64,000 bases of DNA from Candidatus Dormiibacterota bacterium. Its GTDB lineage: Bacteria > Chloroflexota > Dormibacteria > Aeolococcales > Aeolococcaceae. Below the pieces are notes generated by a model. It worked only from the letters and a program-made list of their open reading frames with translations. It did no database searches and was not told the origin of the DNA. The stretch is taken from positions 2,184,025-2,248,024 of the forward strand of contig OY970355.1 of assembly GCA_963718525.1 (NCBI GenBank). The letters are read 5' to 3'. Positions 1 to 7,997 of the stretch are shown here, in pieces. The translations under genes were made by a program, and so were the position numbers. How positions within the stretch are numbered: the first letter of the stretch is position 1; the number at the start of each line of letters is the position of its first letter.

Positions 1-384
1 GCTGCAGCCGCCCAGCGCAGCCATGAGATCGTCGACCTTGCGAGTGCTGATGCCGAGCACGTAGGCCTCCTGGACCGCCGCCAGCAGGGCCCGATCAATA
101 CGCCGTCGCGGCTCGAGCAAGGTCGGGAAGAAGCTCCCCGTGCGCAGCCTGGGGATCTGCAGCTCGAGGCGTCCCGAGCCGGTGTCGAGGATCCGCTCCC
201 GATAGCCGTTGCGGTACGTGGTGCGCGTTGAAGCTCGCTCGTGCGGGCCGGCGCCGATCTGGGTGGACGCCTCGGCTTCGATCAAGCGCTGCATAGCGTG
301 TTCGAGGACGCGCCGCAACACGTCCGTGTCTGCGCCCTGGAGTTGCTCGAGCAGTGCCGGGGGCATCATCCTGTTCTGGGCCAT
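1..384 (-). CDS. IS256-family (Mutator-type) transposase, N-terminal part only (window edge)
   Basis: The reverse strand reads MAQNRMMPPALLEQLQGADTDVLRRVLEHAMQRLIEAEASTQIGAGPHERASTRTTYRNGYRERILDTGSGRLELQIP.LRTGSFFPTLLEPRRRIDRALLAAVQEAYVLGISTRKVDDLMAALGGCS. ATG at 384-382 follows an AGGAGA. This is the same protein as 57438+. Confidence 0.85.
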   Translation of the reverse strand, partial: MAQNRMMPPALLEQLQGADTDVLRRVLEHAMQRLIEAEASTQIGAGPHERASTRTTYRNGYRERILDTGSGRLELQIPRLRTGSFFPTLLEPRRRIDRALLAAVQEAYVLGISTRKVDDLMAALGGCS

Positions 385-502
385 CGTGGGTCTCCTGGTT
401 TGGGTAAGAGCTTCCAAGAGAACTCCGCGGTGGCCTTCTTTGTCTACCTCGTCGGCAGCGCTGGGGTCACCCCGGATTTACACCACACTACGGGACATCA
501 CT
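1..502 (-). mobile_element. IS256-family insertion sequence, copy A (partial, runs off the left edge)
   Basis: Bases 1-502 are the reverse complement of the left ~500 nt of the IS256 copy at 57320. I saw one mismatch, a K/R codon. The terminal sequence ...CGGGACATCACT ends at 502. Confidence 0.85.
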
Positions 503-527
503 CAACGCGCTCGCCTCGTTGTAGAGG

Positions 528-645
528 TCCGGTAGATACTTGCCACCGCAGGTCAACGAGGTGCTTGACGGCGCGCAGCGCGTCCGCCTAGTGCTTGACA
601 CAGCCGGCCTCCCTCCAGTCCGCTGGGACTGAGCGCCATCGGGTT
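528..645 (+). repeat. Segment homologous to 4446-4566 (distal part of a type-A repeat unit or IS leader remnant)
   Basis: It aligns by eye with 4446-4566 and shares three RTRCTTGMC motifs and ...CCTCCCTCC.GTCCGCT..GGACTGAGCGCCATCGG. It sits immediately next to the IS256 copy A end. Confidence 0.6.
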
Positions 646-832
646 CTTTGAAGTACAGCCGTAGGAGCATCTCGACCTCGTTGATCCGAGCTCCTCTCGC
701 GTGGTGAAACTCCCGAACTCGAAAGTCGTGCTGGCACCCTCCGCGTTCGCATGCTGGCAGCCTCCCGGTCCCCAGGATCGCGGACTACATTGGCTGCGGA
801 AGATCGAAGACTACTCTCACATAGAGGTGACC

Positions 833-1297
833 ATGAACGAGTTTGACATCGTGACTGTCATTGACCGGCCCGCGGATCAAGTCTTTGCGTTTCTCGTGGA
901 CGTCGACAAGGCTGCTGACTGGAATCCCCAAGTGATCGAGGCGCGGCAGACGAGCGATGGACCGCTCGGCGTGGGCAGCAGACTTCTATATGTTGGAAGG
1001 TTCCTGGGACGCCGTTTCGAATCGGTCTCGGAATGTACTGACTACACCCCCAACGAAAGGTTCAGTACCAAGACGACCTCCGGACCTTTCCACCTCGAAA
1101 TCGACAACACTCTGAGTTCTGTCGATGGCGGAACCAGGCTGGCAACCGTCTATCGGGGCGAGAGTCGGGGCTTTTTCAAGCTGGCGGAGCCGGTCGTCGT
1201 GCGCTTGACCAAGAAACAGTTCGAAACCGCGACAGAGAACTTGAAGGCGCTGATTGAGACCGAGGCCACGGAAACGATCCACGAGCTTTCGCGATAG
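833..1297 (+). CDS. SRPBCC-superfamily protein (polyketide cyclase/dehydrase-like)
   Basis: Translation MNEFDIVTVIDRPADQVFAFLVDVDKAADWNP... has the typical SRPBCC/Polyketide_cyc2 N-terminus. ATG at 833 follows AGAGGTGA. The upstream part of ORF 701-1297 is probably not translated. Confidence 0.75.
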   Translation: MNEFDIVTVIDRPADQVFAFLVDVDKAADWNPQVIEARQTSDGPLGVGSRLLYVGRFLGRRFESVSECTDYTPNERFSTKTTSGPFHLEIDNTLSSVDGGTRLATVYRGESRGFFKLAEPVVVRLTKKQFETATENLKALIETEATETIHELSR

Positions 1298-1858
1298 CCA
1301 CTGGGTCTGCCCCTAAGCTGACACCCGCTCATTGGGGCGCCCGTCGCGGCGCACGAGTGGATAGCCTTACAGAGCCGTTGTGCCTACGGAGCATGTGCCG
1401 CGCGAGTCGGCACCACGCAAATGCACGAGGTTCTCGGTGGTCGTCACTGGTCCTGAACCGGCTTTCGAGGAAGGCCGAGGGCATTGGCGGGGTCTCGAGG
1501 TCGGCGGGACCCCATAAGGATGGCAACACCCCGGACGTCGTGGTGGCAGCCCCATTCCCCTCGCCGGGTGCCTGACTAAAGTGGAGGAGTGCGCCGGGAA
1601 CCAGTGCCTTGGATTCGTCGCTATCGTCGCGACCGGCGGCAACGACTGCGAGATCATTTGATGCACCCGCCGGTCAACAGCGCCCTGAGATCGGCGTGAC
1701 CGAGTTCTGGCTTCCGACCCGACTTGCGCCACGAAAGCATCCGAGCCAGTTCAGTCGTCCGTGGCGGCAGCTGGAGATCAACGTGGTAGCCCTCCGCCTG
1801 CATCACGAGCCCGAATTCTCACCGCCGTCAACCGAGCGTGCCCGAAGTCGATGACCAC

Positions 1859-3988
1859 ATGAGCTCGCGCACTGCGACACGACTGTCCTGGGGGATCGGC
1901 GGCGTCTGTCTGGTCCTTCTCACCCTCAGCCTCGTGCTGTTGGCGCTCGACTGGAAAGCGATCGACTCGCCGGGGACCGCACAGCTCCCATACTTCATCG
2001 CCGCGCCCATCATCGGAGTCCTCGGTGTGCTGATCGCGGCCCGCCGCCCGAACCATCCGATCGGTTGGTTGCTTCTCGCGATCGCCGCCAGCAACGCGAT
2101 CTCGCTGACTGCCAACTTCGTCGCCATCCGCGGGATATTGAGCGACGCCTCACTCTACGGCTGGGTGGGGTGGGCAGCCTGGGTGTACAACATCACAGGA
2201 GCGATTGGGGCGCTCTTGATCGCTTTTCTTATCCTCGTCTTCCCCGACGGTTGGCTGCTTCCAGGCCGGCGGTGGCGCTGGGCTGTTTGGGTGGTATCGA
2301 CCGCGGCGGCCGTAGCACTTCTTGCGTCGTCAATCGCCGTGACGTCCCAGCAGTTGTCTCCACGCCTCCCCAGCGTTCCTAACCCGGTGGCAGTGGACGC
2401 GCTCAACAACGTCACAAGCGGCAACGGACCGATCAACGTCGGCGTCCTCCTATTGCTCGTTACCGTTCTGGCCGCGGTGGTGGTGCGCCTCCGCCGCTCT
2501 CGGGGCGTGGAACGTATTCAAATGCGCTGGTTCGCATACGTCGCGGCGGCGTCCGTCCTTGTCATCGTCGCCGGATTCTTCCTGAACAATGCCAACGCGA
2601 CGCTCGGCAACAACATCAGTAATGCCGGATTCGGTTTCGGGTTCTATCTGCTCGTGCCCGCGACGATCGGGCTCGCCATCATCAGGTACGGGCTCTACGA
2701 CCTAGACGTCTTCATCAGCCGGACGCTGGTCTACGGGTCGCTGGCGGTGTTCATCACGGCGGTCTATGTGGGCATCGCGGTGGGGGTCGGGGCGCTAGTG
2801 GGGAGCGGCGGCAAGCCCAACCTAGCGTTGTCGATCCTGGCCACGGCGATCGTGGCGATCGGTTTCCAGCCGGTGCGTGAGCGGGTCCAGAAGGTCGCCA
2901 ACCGTTTGGTGTATGGCAAGCGGGCGACGCCCTACGAGGTGTTGAGCGAGTTCTCGGGACGGGTGGCGGAGACGTATGCGGCGGATGAGGTGCTGCCCCG
3001 GATGGCGCAGGTACTTCAGGAAGGAACGGGAGCGGAATCGGCGACGGTATGGCTGCGCGGGACGGAGGAACTGCGGCCCGCGGCAACGTTTCCGAACGGA
3101 GTGGGAACCCACGTTGCAGTGCCGATGCGCAACGGAACGCTGCCCGCCCTAGAGGAGGCCACCCTAGCGGTTGAGGTTCGCCATCAAGGCGAACTGCTTG
3201 GCGCTCTGAGCGTGACCAAGCGCCGTGGCGAGGCGCTGACGCCGATCGAGCAGAAGCTCGTCGACGACCTCGCGCATCAGGCGGGGCTGGTGCTCAAGAA
3301 CGTGGGTCTGAGCGCCGACCTGCAGACGCGGCTCGATGAATTGCGCGCCTCGCGACAGCGCTTGGTGAGCGCTCAGGACGTGGAGCGGCGCCGTCTGGAG
3401 CGCAACCTCCACGACGGCGCCCAGCAGCATCTGGTCGCCTTGAAAGTGAAACTGGGACTGGCGGAGTTGCTCCTGGCACGGGATCCCGAGAAGGCTGCCG
3501 TGACCCTAGAGCAGCTCAAGAGCGACGCCGACGAAGCCCTGGAGGCGCTGCGCGACCTGGCCCGAGGGATCTACCCCCCGCTGCTCGCCGACAAGGGTCT
3601 GGTGGTTGCCCTCGAATCCCAGGCGCGCAAGGCGACGGTGCCAGTGCGCGTGGAATCGGCGGGGGTCGCGCGCTACGCGCAGGACGTCGAGGCGACGGTG
3701 TATTTCTGCGTGCTCGAAGCGCTGCAGAACGTGCAGAAATATGCGGGGGCATCTCAGGTTGTGGTGCGCCTGCGTGCTGGCACCGATCCCGCCACTTTGA
3801 CCTTCGAGGTGGAGGATGACGGCACGGGATTCGAGACCGCGACCGCCCGCAAGGGTGCTGGGCTCACCAACATGAACGATCGGGTGGACGCGCTCGGCGG
3901 TCAGGTGCAGGTGATCTCTCGCCCAGGTGCTGGGACTACCGTGTCCGGCGATTTGCCGCTGCAAGAACCCGTCGCGGCAGTGACCTAA
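1859..3988 (+). CDS. Sensor histidine kinase, NarL-partner type (multi-TM N-terminus, GAF-like region, HisKA_3, HATPase_c)
   Basis: H-box LERNLHDGAQQHLVAL, N-box EALQNVQKYA, and G-boxes DDGTGF and GAGLTNM. Several N-terminal hydrophobic helices. ATG 1859 aligns with the start of the paralog at 18405; GTG 1838 is an alternative start. No response regulator is adjacent. Confidence 0.85.
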   Translation: MSSRTATRLSWGIGGVCLVLLTLSLVLLALDWKAIDSPGTAQLPYFIAAPIIGVLGVLIAARRPNHPIGWLLLAIAASNAISLTANFVAIRGILSDASLYGWVGWAAWVYNITGAIGALLIAFLILVFPDGWLLPGRRWRWAVWVVSTAAAVALLASSIAVTSQQLSPRLPSVPNPVAVDALNNVTSGNGPINVGVLLLLVTVLAAVVVRLRRSRGVERIQMRWFAYVAAASVLVIVAGFFLNNANATLGNNISNAGFGFGFYLLVPATIGLAIIRYGLYDLDVFISRTLVYGSLAVFITAVYVGIAVGVGALVGSGGKPNLALSILATAIVAIGFQPVRERVQKVANRLVYGKRATPYEVLSEFSGRVAETYAADEVLPRMAQVLQEGTGAESATVWLRGTEELRPAATFPNGVGTHVAVPMRNGTLPALEEATLAVEVRHQGELLGALSVTKRRGEALTPIEQKLVDDLAHQAGLVLKNVGLSADLQTRLDELRASRQRLVSAQDVERRRLERNLHDGAQQHLVALKVKLGLAELLLARDPEKAAVTLEQLKSDADEALEALRDLARGIYPPLLADKGLVVALESQARKATVPVRVESAGVARYAQDVEATVYFCVLEALQNVQKYAGASQVVVRLRAGTDPATLTFEVEDDGTGFETATARKGAGLTNMNDRVDALGGQVQVISRPGAGTTVSGDLPLQEPVAAVT

Positions 3989-4067
3989 CGATTACGTCGT
4001 CCCTCGACGTTCTGGCGCCCAACGCAAGGAGGGCGTAAGGTGAGCGTCGCTCCTAGGAAGCCGGTGG

Positions 4068-4417
4068 ATGTCGACGCGATTCCAATGGAATCCAATCATC
4101 ACGCTCTAGTCATCATTCCAACCAATTCGCCACGAAACCACTCAAAGTCGAACTCACCCCGCATCGGGAAATAAGTGCTGGTCTGGGGGACCAGGGGTCG
4201 CAGGTTCGAGTCCTGTCTCCCCGACGGACGCGCAAGTTGAATTCACAGCGAGCGGTTGCGCGGTGCGTTAGGCCCCAGCGGCGAACGGGGTGTAGTGCTC
4301 TAACCAGGAATGATGACTTTTCCTGCAGAAGGCATCATTCCCCGCGGTTGAGGCCGGATGCCGCTGCTCATATGAAGAGATTGTGGCAGTCCAGCGCATA
4401 CATATCGCTTACAGTTT
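4068..4417 (+). repeat. tRNA-Pro(GGG) 3'-half repeat unit, copy 1 (type A downstream arm)
   Basis: Core 4178-4224 is CTGGTCTGGGGGACCAGGGGTCGCAGGTTCGAGTCCTGTCTCCCCGA. The upstream arm starts ATGTCGACGCGATTCCAATGGAATCCA. The downstream arm aligns with copies 5 and 8 as far as CGCTTACAGTTT. Confidence 0.9.
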
Positions 4418-4578
4418 GGAAGGCCTCGACCCGCTGTGAAAGTCCGGCAGATACTTGACATCGCAGGTCCAAGAGATGCTTGACGGTGTGCGGCGCGTCC
4501 GCCTGATGCTTGACACAACCGACCTCCCTCCGGTCCGCTCGTCCGCAAGGACTGAGCGCCATCGGAGGGACCAGGTTC

Positions 4579-4640
4579 GTGCTTGTGGAGTTGAACGTGG
4601 TGGAACAGCGCTACCGGGTCGTCCTGGAGACCTATCTCGG
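4579..4640 (+). pseudogene. Remnant of an IS481-like transposase N-terminus
   Basis: It reads VLVELNVVEQRYRVVLE, which I recognise as the N-terminal motif of a class of actinobacterial IS481-family transposases. The frame then degenerates and is cut by the IS481 insertion at 4745. Confidence 0.35.
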
Positions 4641-4744
4641 TGTCGCCGCGCGACTCCCGAGACTCAATGGCCAAGCTCTTGTTCTATGGGATCGGGAGAC
4701 ATCAAGCTGATTGAGTCCGGTGGCTCGAAGAGCCGCTACCTAGA

Positions 4745-5773
4745 TGTAGTGCCCATAGAGGTTGTTGACAAAGAGAGAGCCCCGCGGCTGAGTTTGGGTT
4801 GTTGAAATCCACCCAGACGGAGGCTCTCCGGTGTCCCATCCTAAGGCGGTACTCACCCCAGTAGGCAGGCTGATTCTGGTTCAGCGAATTGCCCAAGGAC
4901 GTCCCGCGGCGCACGTCGCCGGCGAGATGGGCGTGTCCCGGGCGACGGCGTACAAGTGGTGGCATCGGTACGTCCGAGAGGGCGAGGCGGGTCTGCTCGA
5001 TCGGAGCTCCCGGCCGCTGCGCAGCCCACGGCGGACATCGGCGCGGGTGGAGCGCCGGATCGAGGCTTTGCGACGCCGCACCAAGCTCGGTCCAGTCCGG
5101 ATCGCCGTCCGCCTGCAGATGCCGGCCTCGACCGTCCATCGCGTGTTGGTGCGCCGGCAGTTGAATCGGCTGAGTTGGATGGATCGACCCACGGGACGCG
5201 TGATTCGTCGCTACGAGCACGAACACCCGGGCGACCTGGTCCACGTCGATGTCAAGAAGCTGGGGCGGATCCCGCCCGGCGGTGGCTGGCGTGTGCACGG
5301 GCGCCTCGGACATCCCTCCACCGGTGTCGGCTACGACTACATCCACTCCGCGGTGGACGATCACTCACGGCTTGCCTACTCGGAGATCTGCAGCGACGAA
5401 AAAGGTCCGACTGCCGCTGCATTCTGGGTTCGTGCCACGGGGTTCTTCGCGGCCCACGGCATCGCGGTGCAACGTGTGCTCACCGACAACGCCTTCGCCT
5501 ACCGGAACTCCGTCATCTTCCGAGCCGCGGTGCTCCAAAGTGGCGCGGTGCAGCGCTTCACGCAGCCGCGCCGGCCTCAGACCAACGGCAAGGTCGAGCG
5601 CTTCAACCGGACCTTGCTTGAAGAATGGGCATACGTTCGACCCTATGCCTCAAATCAGCGACGCGCCCAGGCCTTGACGACCTGGCTGCACATCTACAAC
5701 CATCACCGTGCCCACACCAGTCTCGGTCAGCTCCCACCCATCTCACGCCTCAACAACGTGTCTGGGCATTACA
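4745..5773 (+). mobile_element. IS481-family insertion sequence (1029 bp) with CCTAGA target-site duplication
   Basis: Terminal inverted repeats are TGTAGTGCCCATAGAGGTTGTTGA (left) and TGTAATGCCCAGACACGTTGTTGA (reverse complement of the right end). It is flanked by CCTAGA at 4739-4744 and 5774-5779. NCTAGN duplication is characteristic of IS481. Confidence 0.85.
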
Positions 5774-5778
5774 CCTAG
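4831..5778 (+). CDS. IS481-family transposase (HTH + DDE/rve integrase core)
   Basis: MSHPKAVLTPVGRLILVQRI...GVSRATAYKWWHRY...HVDVKKLGRIP...DDHSRLAY...TDNAFAY...NGKVERFNRTLLEEWAY. The stop codon TAG lies inside the duplicated CCTAGA. Confidence 0.9.
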   Translation: MSHPKAVLTPVGRLILVQRIAQGRPAAHVAGEMGVSRATAYKWWHRYVREGEAGLLDRSSRPLRSPRRTSARVERRIEALRRRTKLGPVRIAVRLQMPASTVHRVLVRRQLNRLSWMDRPTGRVIRRYEHEHPGDLVHVDVKKLGRIPPGGGWRVHGRLGHPSTGVGYDYIHSAVDDHSRLAYSEICSDEKGPTAAAFWVRATGFFAAHGIAVQRVLTDNAFAYRNSVIFRAAVLQSGAVQRFTQPRRPQTNGKVERFNRTLLEEWAYVRPYASNQRRAQALTTWLHIYNHHRAHTSLGQLPPISRLNNVSGHYT

Positions 5779-5941
5779 ATATGTCGGGAGTGACAAATGG
5801 CGACTTCCCGAGTGGCTCGCCCAGCGGTCATGATGGAGGTCGTCGCCTGACATCTGCAGTCGCCATCATCGGGCCCTGTTGACGCGCGAGGCTCCTACAT
5901 AGAGACTTGGCAATCGCCGACCACCATGGAGGAACCGTTTG

Positions 5942-6325
5942 ATGCCAGGCGAACTGAGTAGTGTCGCAACCGACTTCTTCGCGGCGCTTGATGCCTTGGA
6001 TGCTGATCGGATGAGGCAGATGTTGACGGAGGACGTCCAGAGTGTCGACGAGGGCTCGCGACGCTGGCTGCGCGGCAGAGGCGACGTAGACAATTACCTC
6101 CGCGAGCTGATGCCCGCGGTGCGTGATGTGGAAACGCAACTTCGAGATGCGGAGGAGCGCATTTGGGGGGACACAGGGGTACTGACCTGTTGGATCGACC
6201 AGGACTACACGATGCACGGCACCCCGCAGCGCATCTCCGCTCCAACCACGCTGATCCTCCGTCGCGACGGCGGCGGCTGGAAGGTGGTGCTGTGGCATTC
6301 CATCCCTCTTCCCGAGCAGGCCTAG
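5942..6325 (+). CDS. NTF2-like / SnoaL-like (DUF4440-type) protein
   Basis: Small protein ending ...ISAPTTLILRRDGGGWKVVLWHSIPLP, typical of the NTF2 fold. GGAGGA lies 8 nt before ATG 5942. Confidence 0.65.
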   Translation: MPGELSSVATDFFAALDALDADRMRQMLTEDVQSVDEGSRRWLRGRGDVDNYLRELMPAVRDVETQLRDAEERIWGDTGVLTCWIDQDYTMHGTPQRISAPTTLILRRDGGGWKVVLWHSIPLPEQA

Positions 6326-6432
6326 CCATACCGTTAGTCCGGAAGGACGGCTAGCTCGAACTCGACCCAAAGTGAGCCGGCGAGTGTCAACGAACGTTGA
6401 GAGACGGGAGGCTTGAGGGATAGGGCATGTCG

Positions 6433-6467
6433 GGCGAACGAGGTGTAGTGCTCTAGCCGGGAATAAT
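6433..6467 (+). repeat. Solo fragment of the type-A downstream arm
   Basis: GGCGAACGAGGTGTAGTGCTCTAGCCGGGAATAAT matches GGCGAACGGGGTGTAGTGCTCTAACCAGGAATGAT of copy 1 (4280-4314). No core accompanies it. Confidence 0.5.
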
Positions 6468-6473
6468 CGAGGG

Positions 6474-6839
6474 TCAGCCGCGTGGGCGAAGTCCGTCGGT
6501 GATGTCCGCTTCGACGAGGATTTTCAGTGTTCCGTCGTGCTGGCGCTGAAAGACAACGACGTACTTTCCCTGCTCGGTCGGAGTTGCGTAGTGACCGACA
6601 TCGACGAGGTCGCCGTCCTCGAAAACGTCGACGCTGTCGAACTTGGTCGTGATGGGACCATCCTTCAGCGCTTTGTCGTAGACCGCGGCGACGGCTTGAT
6701 GACCCTGGAGCATCGGGGTGTCGGAGAAGCAAAGCCTGGCGTCATGCGTATACAGACCGATCATCCGGTCGACGTCCCGGTCCGCCAGGGCCTGAGCGTA
6801 TTCGTTGTTGATCGCGTCGACGTCGTCTCGGGTCGTCAT
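6474..6839 (-). CDS. NTF2-like / SnoaL-like (DUF4440-type) protein
   Basis: MTTRDDVDAINNEYAQALADRDVDRMIGLYTHDARL...GKYVVVFQRQHDGTLKIL, a typical DUF4440/SnoaL pattern. Confidence 0.65.
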   Translation of the reverse strand: MTTRDDVDAINNEYAQALADRDVDRMIGLYTHDARLCFSDTPMLQGHQAVAAVYDKALKDGPITTKFDSVDVFEDGDLVDVGHYATPTEQGKYVVVFQRQHDGTLKILVEADITDGLRPRG

Positions 6840-6961
6840 TCACTCCTCCAGCGCCATGCGGATTGTGTTGCAGGCGTGAGGGTAAGGCACCCGGCACATC
6901 GGACGTGATCGCGTCGGGCGTCGATGGTGATCCTCGCCGTCTCTCCGGATGACTGTTCGTG

Positions 6962-7753
6962 TTACTTAGAAAATTGCGTCGTCGGTCGAGGGCGGAGGGT
7001 GCCGTCGACACGGATGTCGACCCTCTCGTTGTAGAAAGCGATGAGCCCGGCGATGGGGAGGAGTTGGTGCGTCGGGAAGTCGTAGGTCCACGCCACCTCG
7101 TGCCGCGTCGCTTCGCCTGTGCCGAGTGACCAGTAACCACTGGTTCGTCCCTTGTACGGGCAGGCGGTGACGGTGTCTGTTGCTATCAGGTGCTCGAAGT
7201 GCACCTCGGTCCGATTCAGGTAGTACCGCGTAGGCAGACCAGTCTCGAAAACCATGACCGGTGATGACAACTCAGCGAGGACCGTCCCGCCGGCTTCCAC
7301 GCGGACGTGGCGTGTCGACCGCAGCGCATCGACCCGGGTATATGGGTTGCGGGGGTGGACGAAGACCTCCTCATCCTCCTCGAACCATGCGTCAAGGGCG
7401 TCCCAGTCGAAACGGGCGGTGCCCGCCAAGCTGCTCGGTGCCTCCGGCGTGAGAATCCGCACCGAGCGCGGACGATTCGTTCCGCCGACCTGCAGTCCGT
7501 GGAGTTGTGCCGTCCCATTTCGCCCCTGAGCCGTTGCCTTCTCGTCGACGAGCAGGAGCGGGTTCACGTCCGCAACCGGTATGTAGTACTGGGGATAGTT
7601 GGGCGACTCCCACACGTACTGCGCTCGAATGGTATCGAGCACCACCTCGCCGGCGAGGACGGCGCGGATCCGTCGAGGTACCGGCTCGATGTGGTCGATG
7701 GGAACGATCACCTGCGGGTAGTCACGCATCAGATCCCGCTCGGTGTTCAGCAT
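6962..7753 (-). CDS. DUF427-domain protein (two DUF427-like halves)
   Basis: IEPVPRRIRAVLAGEVVLDT...YVWESPNYPQYYIP and VRVEAGGTVLAE...VFETGLPTRYYL...CPYKG are DUF427 signatures. Start taken at ATG 7753 to avoid overlap with the anti-sigma gene. Confidence 0.7.
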   Translation of the reverse strand: MLNTERDLMRDYPQVIVPIDHIEPVPRRIRAVLAGEVVLDTIRAQYVWESPNYPQYYIPVADVNPLLLVDEKATAQGRNGTAQLHGLQVGGTNRPRSVRILTPEAPSSLAGTARFDWDALDAWFEEDEEVFVHPRNPYTRVDALRSTRHVRVEAGGTVLAELSSPVMVFETGLPTRYYLNRTEVHFEHLIATDTVTACPYKGRTSGYWSLGTGEATRHEVAWTYDFPTHQLLPIAGLIAFYNERVDIRVDGTLRPRPTTQFSK

Positions 7754-7775
7754 GCTGCGGTGTGGAACCTCCGGC

Positions 7776-7997
7776 TCAGGTCGCGGGAGGCGCGATCGCC
7801 GCCAGCAACCCCTCGAAGTCCTCCGCGCATGGGCCGCAAGCACGCAGGTGCGCGGCGATCCCCGGGTATCGTGATGCCGTGGCCGGGTCGGCGGCCACCA
7901 ACTCGACGTAGACGTGCATCCATCTCATCGCCTCCTCGCATCCCACATCCTGGGGATCGGTCTGCAGGAAGCGATCCAGCGCCGACTGCCCGTTCAC
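7776..7997 (-). CDS. Putative zinc-binding anti-sigma factor (ZAS, zf-HC2-like)
   Basis: 73 aa with an H-x3-C-x2-C motif (HLRACGPC). The start overlaps the stop of the ECF sigma gene (ATGA). Confidence 0.6.
   Translation of the reverse strand: MNGQSALDRFLQTDPQDVGCEEAMRWMHVYVELVAADPATASRYPGIAAHLRACGPCAEDFEGLLAAIAPPAT

Noticed and set aside
4086-4175. A small ORF inside the upstream arm of the repeat unit. It reads MESNHHALVIIPTNSPRNHSKSNSPRIGK in copy 1 and MDSNAPGLVVMPTNSPQNHAKSNSALIGK in copy 3, which looked like a conserved micropeptide.
   Set aside because: Copies 4, 5, 6 and 7 have 1-nt indels that break the frame. Start codons are missing in several copies and the stops differ. The conservation is at nucleotide level, not codon level.
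4068-4224. A tmRNA (ssrA) or tmRNA-like gene, suggested by the tRNA-like 3' end and an upstream short ORF ending in a stop.
   Set aside because: There is no 5' acceptor strand able to pair with CTCCCCG at a consistent position. There is no pseudoknot region and no Ala-rich tag. The distance from the stop to the T arm is only about 40 nt, and there are eight diverged copies. The anticodon arm with GGG points to tRNA-Pro, not a tmRNA TLD.
4178-4224. Calling each core a tRNA-Pro gene or pseudo-tRNA.
   Set aside because: All eight lack the acceptor 5' strand and D arm, so none can fold into a cloverleaf. They are annotated as repeat or att-like cores instead.
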